DNA from: a virus
Lineage: Duplodnaviria; Caudoviricetes
Reading direction: 5' to 3' (one strand)
DNA length: 37,894 nt
Virus record (IMG/VR): IMGVR_UViG_3300025128_000132
Span: 1 to 37,894 of that record
The stretch's first letter is position 1; every line of letters starts with the position of its first letter. The translations under genes were made by a program, and so were the position numbers. Under the pieces are notes generated by a model. That model did not search any database, was not told the origin of the DNA, and saw only the letters and a program-made list of their open reading frames with translations. Of the stretch, positions 9,237-18,073 are shown piece by piece.

Positions 9237-11039
9237 ATGCATCAAGGTGTGCCACATACTGACGAACAACAGCCTCCGGGGTTATTGAGTAGGACCGCAT
9301 CGTATTGGGGTGATGTAGCGAAAAATGTGATCCCTTCAGCTGGCCGCGTACTGGGTGATTTTTACCAAGTTCTCAGGCACCCGGTACAGACTGCTGGTGC
9401 TGTGTGGACACTTGGCAGGGGGCTAGTGGAGCTGGCTATACCAGGCGAGCAAGGTAATGAGGAACTGGCTCGCCAGGTGGGTGAGTATTTCATGGACAAG
9501 TACGGTAGCATGGAAGCCGTGCAGCAATCGTTCAGAGATTCGCCTACCGAAGTGGCCGCAGACCTGGCGATGTTGGTGGGCGGCGGTGCCGGGCTGTTAA
9601 CCAAAACTGGCGGCAAGGTTGGCAACATAGCACAAAGAGTATCGCAAGCAGCCCAAAAAGCGGATGTCGCAAACCTCGGAGTGGCTGGAGTTCAGCGGGC
9701 AGCCCAGGCGTTGCCAAACCTCCCTGCGTCAGCTGGAAGGATTGCCTCTCAAGGTGCTGGCGTTTTGCCAGGCACGGGAGACATAGGTATCAGAGCAGGG
9801 GTGCAAGTAGGGCGTGAGGTAGCCGAAACCGGAAGCAGAGCCGGCGTAGATGATTTTCTAAGAGCGATGAACAGTGAAGCTGGTGGGGTTGTCGATGCGG
9901 AGATAGTGCAGAAAGCACTCGACGCGCTAACTGAGATGAGAAAAAACAAAAACGCCAGCTATCAAACTGATATGGGCAACTTCAAGCTGTCCGAAATTGA
10001 CGTTGATACGCAACTGGTCTTCGATAAACTGGACGAGCTCGAAAAGTCTACGGCGACATCAGCCGGTGGAATACCCGATTCAAAGTTCACCGCGAAACTG
10101 AAGCGCATTGAATTGATGCGAGAAATCGCTGAAGATTTTATCACGCAAAAAGGTGGCGTTAAAGCATCCGATATGGATGAGTTGAAAAAGATGTTTGGTG
10201 AGACTTGGCAGAATCCAGGTGATAAGGCCGGGTCGCATCGAGCTAACCAGGCTGTCCAGGATATGCAGGATGTGGTGCGGGACATGGTCATCGACAAGGT
10301 GCCAGACTATGCCGACACAATGGCTGCTTATAGTGCGACTGATAAGTTGATCAAGAGCCTGGAAAGAAATTTGAGCATGACCAGGAATGCGACTGAGCAG
10401 CAGACATTACGTCGATTGCTAGGCGCGTTGCGTGATGGCGTGAACACGAATATGGGAGGGGCGATCAAGCAAGTAGAGAAGCTGGGCGATCCTTCCCTAA
10501 TGCCTCTTCTAGCTGGAACGCAATTTAGAAATGTGGTGCCTACTGGTATGGCTAGGTTTCTGCGACCGGGTACATCAGCTGGAGCTGGGCTGGGAGCTGG
10601 GTTTGCTACCGGTAGTCCGGTGGTAGGTGCTGCCACAGCTGGGATGGCTGCCTTAGCTAGTAGCCCAAGGGTTGTCGGTAGAGGTTCAGTGTTAGCAGGG
10701 CAGGCTCTTGGAAGTCCGTTGGGTCAACGAGTAGGTCAGGCGTGGCGAGGTGGACAAGTAGGTGCTCCTCGACTGCCGTCTAGCCCGTTCGGGCCAACGC
10801 CTCCCGTCAATGTGCCAGGCTTCCAGCAAGCTGTTAGCGGCTATTTCAATAGAGCAGCTGGCCCAGCTCAAAGGCTGCGTCCATTGCAAGCAGCTTTTGA
10901 TGAGTTACCTCCACCCGGCCAAGCGAACCTGACTGAAGATGAAAGAGAGGAGTACGTCACGATAAGAGACAGGATGAATCAAAGCTCTACGGCAAACGAG
11001 AACATACTCAATTGGCGAAACAGGATTAGGAATCGATGA
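9237..11039 (+). CDS. DNA transfer/ejection protein
   Basis: 600 aa; AGGAGG RBS; helical core, C-terminal GAGLGAG...AALASSPRVVG membrane-like segment typical of podovirus transfer proteins. Confidence 0.75.
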   Translation: MHQGVPHTDEQQPPGLLSRTASYWGDVAKNVIPSAGRVLGDFYQVLRHPVQTAGAVWTLGRGLVELAIPGEQGNEELARQVGEYFMDKYGSMEAVQQSFRDSPTEVAADLAMLVGGGAGLLTKTGGKVGNIAQRVSQAAQKADVANLGVAGVQRAAQALPNLPASAGRIASQGAGVLPGTGDIGIRAGVQVGREVAETGSRAGVDDFLRAMNSEAGGVVDAEIVQKALDALTEMRKNKNASYQTDMGNFKLSEIDVDTQLVFDKLDELEKSTATSAGGIPDSKFTAKLKRIELMREIAEDFITQKGGVKASDMDELKKMFGETWQNPGDKAGSHRANQAVQDMQDVVRDMVIDKVPDYADTMAAYSATDKLIKSLERNLSMTRNATEQQTLRRLLGALRDGVNTNMGGAIKQVEKLGDPSLMPLLAGTQFRNVVPTGMARFLRPGTSAGAGLGAGFATGSPVVGAATAGMAALASSPRVVGRGSVLAGQALGSPLGQRVGQAWRGGQVGAPRLPSSPFGPTPPVNVPGFQQAVSGYFNRAAGPAQRLRPLQAAFDELPPPGQANLTEDEREEYVTIRDRMNQSSTANENILNWRNRIRNR

Positions 11040-11353
11040 TCTTAGAGATCCTAGCTGACGAGAAGGGTAAGCTCAGTGCAGCCAGGGTGCTGCTTGTTTG
11101 CTGCCTGGGGTTCACGGCGGTGCTTGTTGTCTTTGATAGCATTCTCTGGGCTACTGTCGAAAATGCTGTCTACGCATTGTTGGGTACAATTTTCACCGGA
11201 CTCCTTGCTTGGACCGCCGGTCCGCGTATCGCTCAATACCTCGGTCCCCAAATCTCAGGTGTCGCGAGTGGTATCGGTTCTGCTCTGACCCGGGAACCAC
11301 GCCGGCCTCAGACGCTCGATAACTCGCCAGGCTTCCGTGATGACGAAGGATGA
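11036..11353 (+). CDS. Putative holin
   Basis: Two TM segments after a GKLSAARV motif, charged C-tail; directly upstream of endolysin. Confidence 0.7.
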   Translation: MILEILADEKGKLSAARVLLVCCLGFTAVLVVFDSILWATVENAVYALLGTIFTGLLAWTAGPRIAQYLGPQISGVASGIGSALTREPRRPQTLDNSPGFRDDEG

Positions 11354-11810
11354 GTGGGTAGAGGTTTGTGCTACCGCACTACTATCAAGAGGTATAGAAA
11401 ACTTTCACCCGCTCGAGATCGCTGACGTTGGCAGAGAAGCCCGGGCTCTAACCACCAGATCTCAGTCAGAGCTCAAGGCTCCAGCTCTGGAGCTCATCCC
11501 AAACGCAATCATGCTATGCGAGCTCCTATGCGAGCTCAGGGAAGCTCACCCAGTTGGTCCGGTTTTAATCAATTCTTGGTATCGGGATCGTCTGTATAAT
11601 TACCTTATCGGAGGGGTGACACTCTCGATGCATTTGACCTGTGGCGCAGCTGATGTCACCAAGATTGGTTGGGCACCGCAGGAGGTCGCTGAATGGTTCG
11701 AGGCCCATGAGGATGCTAACAGCTTAGGCGTCGGACGTTACCAGACTTTCACGCATATCGATATCAGAGGAAAACTTCACAGACCGGCACCGGCTCGATG
11801 GGAACGCTAA
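11337..11810 (+). CDS. Endolysin, peptidase M15 family
   Basis: INSWYR...YN..IGG...SMH..C.AAD and GVGRYQTFTHIDIRG zinc-peptidase motifs. Confidence 0.9.
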   Translation: MMTKDEWVEVCATALLSRGIENFHPLEIADVGREARALTTRSQSELKAPALELIPNAIMLCELLCELREAHPVGPVLINSWYRDRLYNYLIGGVTLSMHLTCGAADVTKIGWAPQEVAEWFEAHEDANSLGVGRYQTFTHIDIRGKLHRPAPARWER

Positions 11811-12430
11811 AGATTCCCAACTGGGTATGGATAGCGATCCCGGTAATTGGATTGCTCGCGGTTGGTATCCGGGGTGCTACCCAGGCAAGCTACTATCGCG
11901 GCATAGCCGATGATGCCGAACAGCGACTCGAGCTCCAAGAGGTTGTGCTCGACTCGGTACGCTCGATGGCGAAAATTCTGAGCGACGAGCTCGCCCGGGC
12001 TGATTCTGTCGCCATAGCCCAAAGGGCCATAGCGGAGCGTGAGGTGGCTAGACTTACTCGTAGCCGCGAAGAAGCCCAAGAACGCACAGAAGTGATTTCT
12101 GAGCGTCTAAGGATGTCTTTGGACTCGATGCAATCGGTAGAATTGGACAGCCTCGTCTATGGTTATGAAAATCAGATTCAGTCGCTTTATTCTATTATAG
12201 AAGTAGAGCGCACCCTCACCGCAGCTGAACGACTCCGGGCCACTCAGGCCAGCGAGCTCGTCCTGGGCCTACGCTCTGTCATTGTCGAACATGAAGAGAG
12301 GGCAGCGATCCAAGACTCTCAGATCGCCGCCCTCAGAAACGCTGCCTCGCCTTCGTTCGGCCTGAGACTTAAAGCCGATTGGTGGCTGGCCGTTGCCGGT
12401 TTTGCAGTTGGCGTTGCCGTGACGAGGTAG
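11798..12430 (+). CDS. Spanin-like coiled-coil membrane protein
   Basis: N-terminal TM, long coiled coil, C-terminal hydrophobic segment; follows endolysin. Confidence 0.6.
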   Translation: MGTLKIPNWVWIAIPVIGLLAVGIRGATQASYYRGIADDAEQRLELQEVVLDSVRSMAKILSDELARADSVAIAQRAIAEREVARLTRSREEAQERTEVISERLRMSLDSMQSVELDSLVYGYENQIQSLYSIIEVERTLTAAERLRATQASELVLGLRSVIVEHEERAAIQDSQIAALRNAASPSFGLRLKADWWLAVAGFAVGVAVTR

Positions 12431-12615
12431 TGGACTGTTTACGTTGTGCCTCAGAGAATGACGAGGGTGAAAGATTTTGCTGGTTGTGTGGTTGGGACTT
12501 CACCAAGGAATCAAAGATCTGTGATCGGTGTGGCTTAGAAATAAAGAGGAATGGCGAGTGTGCTGTTTGTGATCCGACAGCAGGATGGATGTCAACGAAC
12601 AAGGACGATGAATGA
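12430..12615 (+). CDS. Zinc-ribbon protein
   Basis: Four CxxC pairs; GTG start overlapping upstream TAG with GAGG RBS. Confidence 0.65.
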   Translation: MDCLRCASENDEGERFCWLCGWDFTKESKICDRCGLEIKRNGECAVCDPTAGWMSTNKDDE

Positions 12616-13451
12616 AGCATATAGTTGTGTGCGTAGGGGACACACATTGCGGCTCGACGGTTGGGCTGTGTCCTCCTGAAGGACTAGAGCTAGATGATGG
12701 AGGTATGTACGAACCTAATAAATCCCAAAACTGGCTATGGGATAACTGGGAGATGGCATGGGGTGTAATCAAGTCAGTCAAACGCAAGAACAGAAAGGCG
12801 AAGCTGCACTTGGTTCTAAATGGTGACCTCATCGACGGCGACCACCATCGTACTACTCAGATCGCAAGCGGATTGACGGGCGTCCACATGAGCTGCGCGA
12901 TTGAATCACTCAGGGTTCCGCTGGCACTCAAGCCTCAGTCGATTCATATCCTGAGAGGTACACCTAGTCATGTAGGACGGGCTGGTGGAGCAGAGGAAGG
13001 AATCGCACGGGCACTCAGTGCCCAGGGCTGGAAGGTTGTCGGAGATCCCGACACCGGGAATAAATCATCATACTCGAGGCTGATCCAGATCGGTCCAGTC
13101 CTATTCGATATCAAACACCACGGACGCATGGGAAGAAGGGCACATACCAAAGGTCCGTACATTAGGTGGTTCGCTCAGGACATCTTCTTTAACTACATGA
13201 TGGACTATGAAGAGCCGCCCGACATTGCTGTCCGCTCCCACTTCCATCAGTTCGCTGACAGTGGCAGGATTCACAAGGTAAAGACCAGAGCCGTGGCACT
13301 CCCGGCGTGGCAGTTAGCTACGGAGTATGTGCATAGGGTAGCTGAGTCATTGGCAGACATCGGACTTGTATGGTTTGAAATCGACGATGATGGTTATGAC
13401 ATGAAAACGGTACTATACAAACCAGATCGGCCAACGACGGTGGAGGTGTGA
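12612..13451 (+). CDS. Calcineurin-like metallophosphoesterase
   Basis: VGDTHCG, NGDLIDG, GTPSH, KHHG, RSHFH metal-binding motifs. Confidence 0.88.
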   Translation: MKHIVVCVGDTHCGSTVGLCPPEGLELDDGGMYEPNKSQNWLWDNWEMAWGVIKSVKRKNRKAKLHLVLNGDLIDGDHHRTTQIASGLTGVHMSCAIESLRVPLALKPQSIHILRGTPSHVGRAGGAEEGIARALSAQGWKVVGDPDTGNKSSYSRLIQIGPVLFDIKHHGRMGRRAHTKGPYIRWFAQDIFFNYMMDYEEPPDIAVRSHFHQFADSGRIHKVKTRAVALPAWQLATEYVHRVAESLADIGLVWFEIDDDGYDMKTVLYKPDRPTTVEV

Positions 13452-13705
13452 TGGGAGAGATTACTGAATCGGAGTTACTTGAACAGGTAAGGGATGCGCT
13501 GGTTTTCACCGAAACAGAAGATGGTGCCATGTCGGTATTACAGTTAGCAGATGCTTTGGACATAAGCCCAAAAGCTGTACGCAGTCGGCTACGAAAGTTA
13601 TTAGAGGAGGGTGTCGTAGAAACTGTGAGGGTCAGGCGAAAAAAAATGAATGGCGTCGTATCGCCTATGATCGCCTATGCTCCAGTGAAAACCCGAAATA
13701 AATAG
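13448..13705 (+). CDS. Winged helix-turn-helix protein
   Basis: MSVLQLADALDISPKAVRSRLRKLLEEGVV. Confidence 0.82.
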   Translation: MMGEITESELLEQVRDALVFTETEDGAMSVLQLADALDISPKAVRSRLRKLLEEGVVETVRVRRKKMNGVVSPMIAYAPVKTRNK

Positions 13706-13715
13706 TAACTTGCTA

Positions 13716-13832
13716 TCACAATTGCCGGCGGCTAACCCACCACTCGATGACCATAGCCACCACTAAAAATGTTATGGCGCATATCATGGCGACGATGACA
13801 AAAAGATCGTCCTGCCCGTAGGGTCCGTTCAT
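13716..13832 (-). CDS. 38-aa single-pass membrane protein (not in ORF track)
   Basis: MNGPYGQDDLFVIVAMICAITFLVVAMVIEWWVSRRQL; AGGAG RBS, ATGA overlap with upstream stop. Confidence 0.7.
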   Translation of the reverse strand: MNGPYGQDDLFVIVAMICAITFLVVAMVIEWWVSRRQL

Positions 13833-14494
13833 GGTTTCTCCTGTAGCCATTCGTTTAGCTCCTTCTTTTCTTCCTCACTGATAATGAAGTCGCTGACATA
13901 CCCGGCGGCGTCCCAATCTGGATTGCCATTGGTGAGGGTGGGCGCGGCCATCCATCCATCATTCGTTCGCCAGTAGGTGTGACCGTCCTCTTCACGTTCC
14001 CAGATATATGCGAATGTAAGAAGGTTCCGGAACGGCAAAACCTCGGAGGCATGGGGGGTTGTTTCGCTCCACATCCAGGTGCGGCCCCACAGTTTCAAGT
14101 CAACTTCTTTAGCCAACTCTAGGATCTCTTGTGGAACTGGGGAAGCTGCATGTGGTGCCTCCCAACTCCCACCTCGACTGAGCTCAATCTGGCCGTCATC
14201 CCATAGCCGCCAATCATCCACTCTGTAATTTGGTTTGTATGTAACGTCCGTAGTTTCGAGTATCACCTCCCTGCTGGGCTCTATGGAAGTGACGTTGCCG
14301 GGGTAATTGGCAGCTGCTAGGTCAGCGCACTGCAGACAGTAGTTCACTAAAATTGCTGGCTCATTGTCGAAGCTGACTAGGTATAGTCGAGTAGGGGTAA
14401 TGCAGTCTTCGCTACCTTCACAGCGGTGCCTTGGGTGCTGGCCCGGGAAGGTGTGCTTTCCATGAGCGTCCTTGAAATAAGATTGCTCTGTCAT
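13829..14494 (-). CDS. Hypothetical protein, possible N-terminal Zn site
   Basis: 221 aa, GGAGG RBS, ATGA coupling; HRCEGSEDC...YCLQC. Confidence 0.75.
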   Translation of the reverse strand: MTEQSYFKDAHGKHTFPGQHPRHRCEGSEDCITPTRLYLVSFDNEPAILVNYCLQCADLAAANYPGNVTSIEPSREVILETTDVTYKPNYRVDDWRLWDDGQIELSRGGSWEAPHAASPVPQEILELAKEVDLKLWGRTWMWSETTPHASEVLPFRNLLTFAYIWEREEDGHTYWRTNDGWMAAPTLTNGNPDWDAAGYVSDFIISEEEKKELNEWLQEKP

Positions 14495-15393
14495 GCTACC
14501 TCCTTGATTAAGGCTTCAGCGAATAGGGGCGGGATGGCGTTGCCTAGTCCCGCGATTGTGTCTGACCTGGTGGCTCCAGTAGGCCAGCCGTAGGTGTCCG
14601 GGAAGGACATAGCCCGGGCTACTTCACGAATCGTTAGTGGGCGATATGAATCGTCATTAACTACTACCCACTGATCTTGCTTGGTGATGGTTCGGATAGG
14701 CTCGTCCAAGCCTACACCCTTGTGGCCGGTAACGTGCTGGGACAGGCACTTGGCACCGTGCCGGTCCTGGGCGTCACCGATCCGCTGCTGCACGTTCGAG
14801 CTCGCGTTACCGATGGGCCTCCAGGTGCCGGCGTCCCATTGGATGTGAGAACCAAACGCAGCTTCTGGGACGGTGGGCTCTACCGGCAACTCAGCACCGA
14901 CTCGCGATGCACAGACCACCAACCTACGCCGCCGCTGCGGGACACCAAAGCGAGCACAGTTATATAGTCCGGTCGAGACTTTGTAGCCCATGAGCTCAAA
15001 GCAGTTCAGCCAATTATTGAAGAAGATCCAGCTGGCGAATGGCGGCACGTTTTCAACGATGACAGTTTCCGGGCGCGTTACTTCAGCGCACTCCACCACG
15101 GCCCAGGCTGTCGCCCTCAATGCGTCATGGTAGTGACGGCGTTTCGGCTGCGATGCGGTCGAGTGACCCTGGCAAGCAGGGGAAGCTAGGAGCAGCTCAT
15201 AGTCGGGCAGCTGGGTCCAATCAGCTTGCTGTAGATCTTGGCAGCTGTGCGCTGTGCCCGGATGATTGAGCGCATGAGCTTCGACTGCCAGCGGCCAATG
15301 GTTAGCTGCCCAAAGTACCTCGACTCCTGGGACACGCTCCGCGCCTTCAGTGAAGCCGCCCCAGCCGGCGAAAAGATCAACTGCTCTAGTCAT
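14491..15393 (-). CDS. DNA (cytosine-5) methyltransferase
   Basis: DLFAGWGG (motif I), ASPACQGHS (IV), VENV (VI), PQRRRR (VIII), RAMSFP (IX), GNAIPP (X). Confidence 0.93.
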   Translation of the reverse strand: MTRAVDLFAGWGGFTEGAERVPGVEVLWAANHWPLAVEAHALNHPGTAHSCQDLQQADWTQLPDYELLLASPACQGHSTASQPKRRHYHDALRATAWAVVECAEVTRPETVIVENVPPFASWIFFNNWLNCFELMGYKVSTGLYNCARFGVPQRRRRLVVCASRVGAELPVEPTVPEAAFGSHIQWDAGTWRPIGNASSNVQQRIGDAQDRHGAKCLSQHVTGHKGVGLDEPIRTITKQDQWVVVNDDSYRPLTIREVARAMSFPDTYGWPTGATRSDTIAGLGNAIPPLFAEALIKEVA

Positions 15394-16223
15394 GCTATCT
15401 CCAGTGAGAGTTGTGGGTCATCGTTCGTTCCTAGCACTGTGTCGTACACGCCTAAGAAGCGAGCCCAACGATCCGGCCCAAGGCGTAGTGGGTGCGAGCT
15501 ATCTGCACTGTCGCAACCGGCGTCTTTGGCGATCTGTATTTTGGTTTGTGTGCAACGTCCGTAGTGGAGCTTGAGGCTATGCTTGCGGCAGAACGCCTTC
15601 CAATCAGCAAGCGTGTTCTTCTTGAACTCATCAGTGCCACCGATGAAGATGCCATCGATCTTCCAGAGAACTGGCTCACCCATGATGCCGTCTACGCAAC
15701 CGGTGTAGCCGTCGAGCGTCGGATCGATCACCATGCCATTCTCGTCTTCGTTGAATCCCCATTCCAGGTCAGCTGGGACCATGCCGTCTTGGACTGCGAG
15801 GTAGAGAGGGAGGCTTGCATAGCCTGTGTGGGAAAGGACTGGGTCGTTGTCCCAAGCTAGTCCTTCGCTCAGATATTTGTCTAACCAGGAAAGCGATTCG
15901 AGAAGTGATTCTGGACCCTCGCCTGGTCTGTCAGGGATGACCATGAAGTCCGGTCCACGGCCTTCAGCAGCGAGCTCTGAAGCTACAGGAATGCGGCTCT
16001 CGAAATGAGCATACTCAGCTGAGAAGCTACGGCCAGGAGTCCGAGTCTCACCGTTCTCGTCTGGACGGTTCCAGGCTGGGAAGACGCCGTTGTCTAGGAA
16101 CCAGGGCTCGTTAGCAAATGGGTTGATCGGGCGCGTCACGAAGCATCGTCCGATACCCCGTGGGTATGCGTCCTCAGTTAGCTTCTTCGCTCCGTTGCTT
16201 TGCTCGCCTAAGAAGTATTTCAC
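15390..16223 (-). CDS. TGT/DpdA-like TIM-barrel protein (putative DNA base transglycosylase)
   Basis: WFLDNG.F, VIPD, LAVQDG, IFIGGT.EFK, LHYGR, CDSADSS motif series; GTG start with GGAGG RBS. Confidence 0.65.
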   Translation of the reverse strand: MKYFLGEQSNGAKKLTEDAYPRGIGRCFVTRPINPFANEPWFLDNGVFPAWNRPDENGETRTPGRSFSAEYAHFESRIPVASELAAEGRGPDFMVIPDRPGEGPESLLESLSWLDKYLSEGLAWDNDPVLSHTGYASLPLYLAVQDGMVPADLEWGFNEDENGMVIDPTLDGYTGCVDGIMGEPVLWKIDGIFIGGTDEFKKNTLADWKAFCRKHSLKLHYGRCTQTKIQIAKDAGCDSADSSHPLRLGPDRWARFLGVYDTVLGTNDDPQLSLEIA

Positions 16224-16259
16224 CCTGCCTCCCCTTCTGGGTATTGTCCCTGGACACCT

Positions 16260-16288
16260 ATAATAAGCTCTAGGGGGCTAGAGCACAA
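16260..16288 (-). promoter_or_regulatory. Leftward sigma70-like promoter with operator-like palindrome in spacer
   Basis: Minus strand TTGTGC-N17-TATTAT; perfect inverted repeat GCTCTAG-GGGG-CTAGAGC at 16267-16284. Confidence 0.6.
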
Positions 16289-16365
16289 GTAAAATATAAG
16301 GTTTTCGGGAAATTAATTTTCAGCTATTTTGGGCTACTTTTGTCCTCAGCCAGTGCTCTGGGACA

Positions 16366-16394
16366 TTGCGCCGTCGAGCCTCTCAGCTTAAAAT
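16366..16394 (+). promoter_or_regulatory. Rightward sigma70-like promoter
   Basis: TTGCGC-N17-TAAAAT upstream of HTH gene. Confidence 0.6.
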
Positions 16395-16430
16395 CAGTGC
16401 GGAGTTATGTGTGAATCAAAGGAGGTGGAC

Positions 16431-16679
16431 ATGGCACTCACCGTAGTTCGGGGCGGACCGTACGCCCAGGATTGGGCTTGCTTAAAATTGCATCGAGCCA
16501 TTGAGCTGGACGGTCGGTCGGTCGAACAGTATGCAGATGAGTTTTTATTTTGCAGCGCATCGAGCTGCTACAAATGGCTCCGAGGTGACAACAGGATTCC
16601 CAAGGTGTATCGGAGAATGTTGTCTCCAGCGTTAGCGGAACTCGAGAGGAATGACACCCAAAATCCCACGGGAGAATAG
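16431..16679 (+). CDS. Cro/XRE-like HTH regulator
   Basis: SVEQYADEFLFCSASSCYKWLRGDNRIP; AAGGAGG RBS before ATG 16431. Confidence 0.7.
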   Translation: MALTVVRGGPYAQDWACLKLHRAIELDGRSVEQYADEFLFCSASSCYKWLRGDNRIPKVYRRMLSPALAELERNDTQNPTGE

Positions 16680-17382
16680 AAGCATGGAATTACAGATGAG
16701 CGATGGCATCGAGAATGTCAGCAAGGCTCTGGTCGGAGCTCAGGCTGACGTTGGTAAGGCGTTAAAGAACCAGGAGAATTCTCACTTCAAATCTCAGTAC
16801 GCAGATCTGAGTGCGGTACTTGAAGTGTCGAAGCCGGCACTAGCGAAGCACGGCTTGGCACTCACCCAGTTCCCGGGTCAAGGTGAAGGAACGGTCACCA
16901 TGAGCACACTCCTGGTGCATGAGAGCGGTGAGTGGATCTTGCTTCCACCGGCATCGATTCCCCTCCAGGCGCACACAGCGCATGGATACGGGTCAGCGAT
17001 TTCGTACTTGAGGAGATACACCACGCAAGCTGCGCTTGGAATCTCAGTCGGCTTGTCGGATGATGATGACGGGAACGAGGCTACAGCCAACGCTCCAAAG
17101 AAGGCACCTAAGAAGAGAGCAGCTCCGAAGAAGGCTACCCCAGCCTTCGAGCCGAAAAAGAAAGCAGTAGTAGATCCTAAGATCTTGAAGGCCGAGCTCG
17201 CCAAGCTGAAGAAGCTCATCGACGCAGCTGAAGAGAATGGGAACGTCGAAGCCAAGGCGATTGACCTGGCTAAAAGCGTTCTCGAGAAAGACGGGGATGG
17301 CGACCCGGATCGCTCACCTCTGGAATTCACAGCTGCAGCCATCGAGTATCTGGAGTCGGCGTTGAAGGACTCACCCAAGTGA
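16651..17382 (+). CDS. erf: ERF-family single-strand annealing protein
   Basis: NSHFKSQYADL, HESGEW, GSAISYLRRY, DDDGN motifs; start may be 16684. Confidence 0.92.
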   Translation: MTPKIPRENRSMELQMSDGIENVSKALVGAQADVGKALKNQENSHFKSQYADLSAVLEVSKPALAKHGLALTQFPGQGEGTVTMSTLLVHESGEWILLPPASIPLQAHTAHGYGSAISYLRRYTTQAALGISVGLSDDDDGNEATANAPKKAPKKRAAPKKATPAFEPKKKAVVDPKILKAELAKLKKLIDAAEENGNVEAKAIDLAKSVLEKDGDGDPDRSPLEFTAAAIEYLESALKDSPK

Positions 17383-17816
17383 CCGGCAAGACGGGGATGG
17401 ACGAGCTCGACTTCCCGACAGCTCGAAAGAGGAAAGAGCAAGAGCTTGACCCGGACCAGGTCGGACTGTTTGATCGGCCACCACCACCACCTACGGGACC
17501 GTTGGCTGATTCTTACAGCCGTGAAGAAGGCAAACCCCATGCGTTCATAAAGTTCATGGAGAGCGAGGACGGTCCTGTGTTCTGGCGAGCCCTCGAAGAC
17601 GCCGCGCTGGACGCCTTCAAGCGTCAGGAAACGAGGTTCTCACCACGGGGGTTCTTAGCCCACTACCGTGATACCAAGAAGGTGCGGATCAACAACAACT
17701 TCAGTCCTTGGTTCGCGGATCAGTTGGTCGCGGAGCACCCCCAATTACTCGACCTAATCGAGCGGCGAGTGAGAAAGAAAGAAGGACCATCTATTCAACC
17801 GAAGGAGAATGGCTAA
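17379..17816 (+). CDS. Conserved hypothetical phage protein
   Basis: GTGA overlap; RINNNFSPWFA motif. Confidence 0.7.
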   Translation: MTGKTGMDELDFPTARKRKEQELDPDQVGLFDRPPPPPTGPLADSYSREEGKPHAFIKFMESEDGPVFWRALEDAALDAFKRQETRFSPRGFLAHYRDTKKVRINNNFSPWFADQLVAEHPQLLDLIERRVRKKEGPSIQPKENG

Positions 17817-18073
17817 TGCCAGCACCGAAAGAGTTTTTGAACAGAGCCAATGGATTGACCGTGTCGGTTCCACCAGAAAAGGCACAGCATTTTATCTGCT
17901 GTACACTGCGCTTGTACCCAGAGCAGCTGATCGAGTGGCTGACAAAGAAAGAGGAAGAGATGGTGAAGGTTGATGTCAAGATTTATGACGGCAAAAACCA
18001 AGAAGCTCCTCCGCTCTACCTAGAGGTCAACACCTACAAGGCACCAGGGGGGAATGATGAGCCGGCCTTCTGA
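17816..18073 (+). CDS. Small protein, possible SSB-like
   Basis: AAGGAG RBS, TAATG overlap; beta-rich with acidic-aromatic tail (NDEPAF). Confidence 0.55.
   Translation: MPAPKEFLNRANGLTVSVPPEKAQHFICCTLRLYPEQLIEWLTKKEEEMVKVDVKIYDGKNQEAPPLYLEVNTYKAPGGNDEPAF

Noticed and set aside
17089-17170. Histone H1-like APKK repeats in ERF
   Set aside because: Low-complexity linkers are common after ERF domains
16878-17540. Long antisense ORFs (also 4051-4596, 19922-20461, 22192-22650 and those opposite the tail fibre)
   Set aside because: Shadow frames of well-supported plus-strand genes, no RBS or motifs
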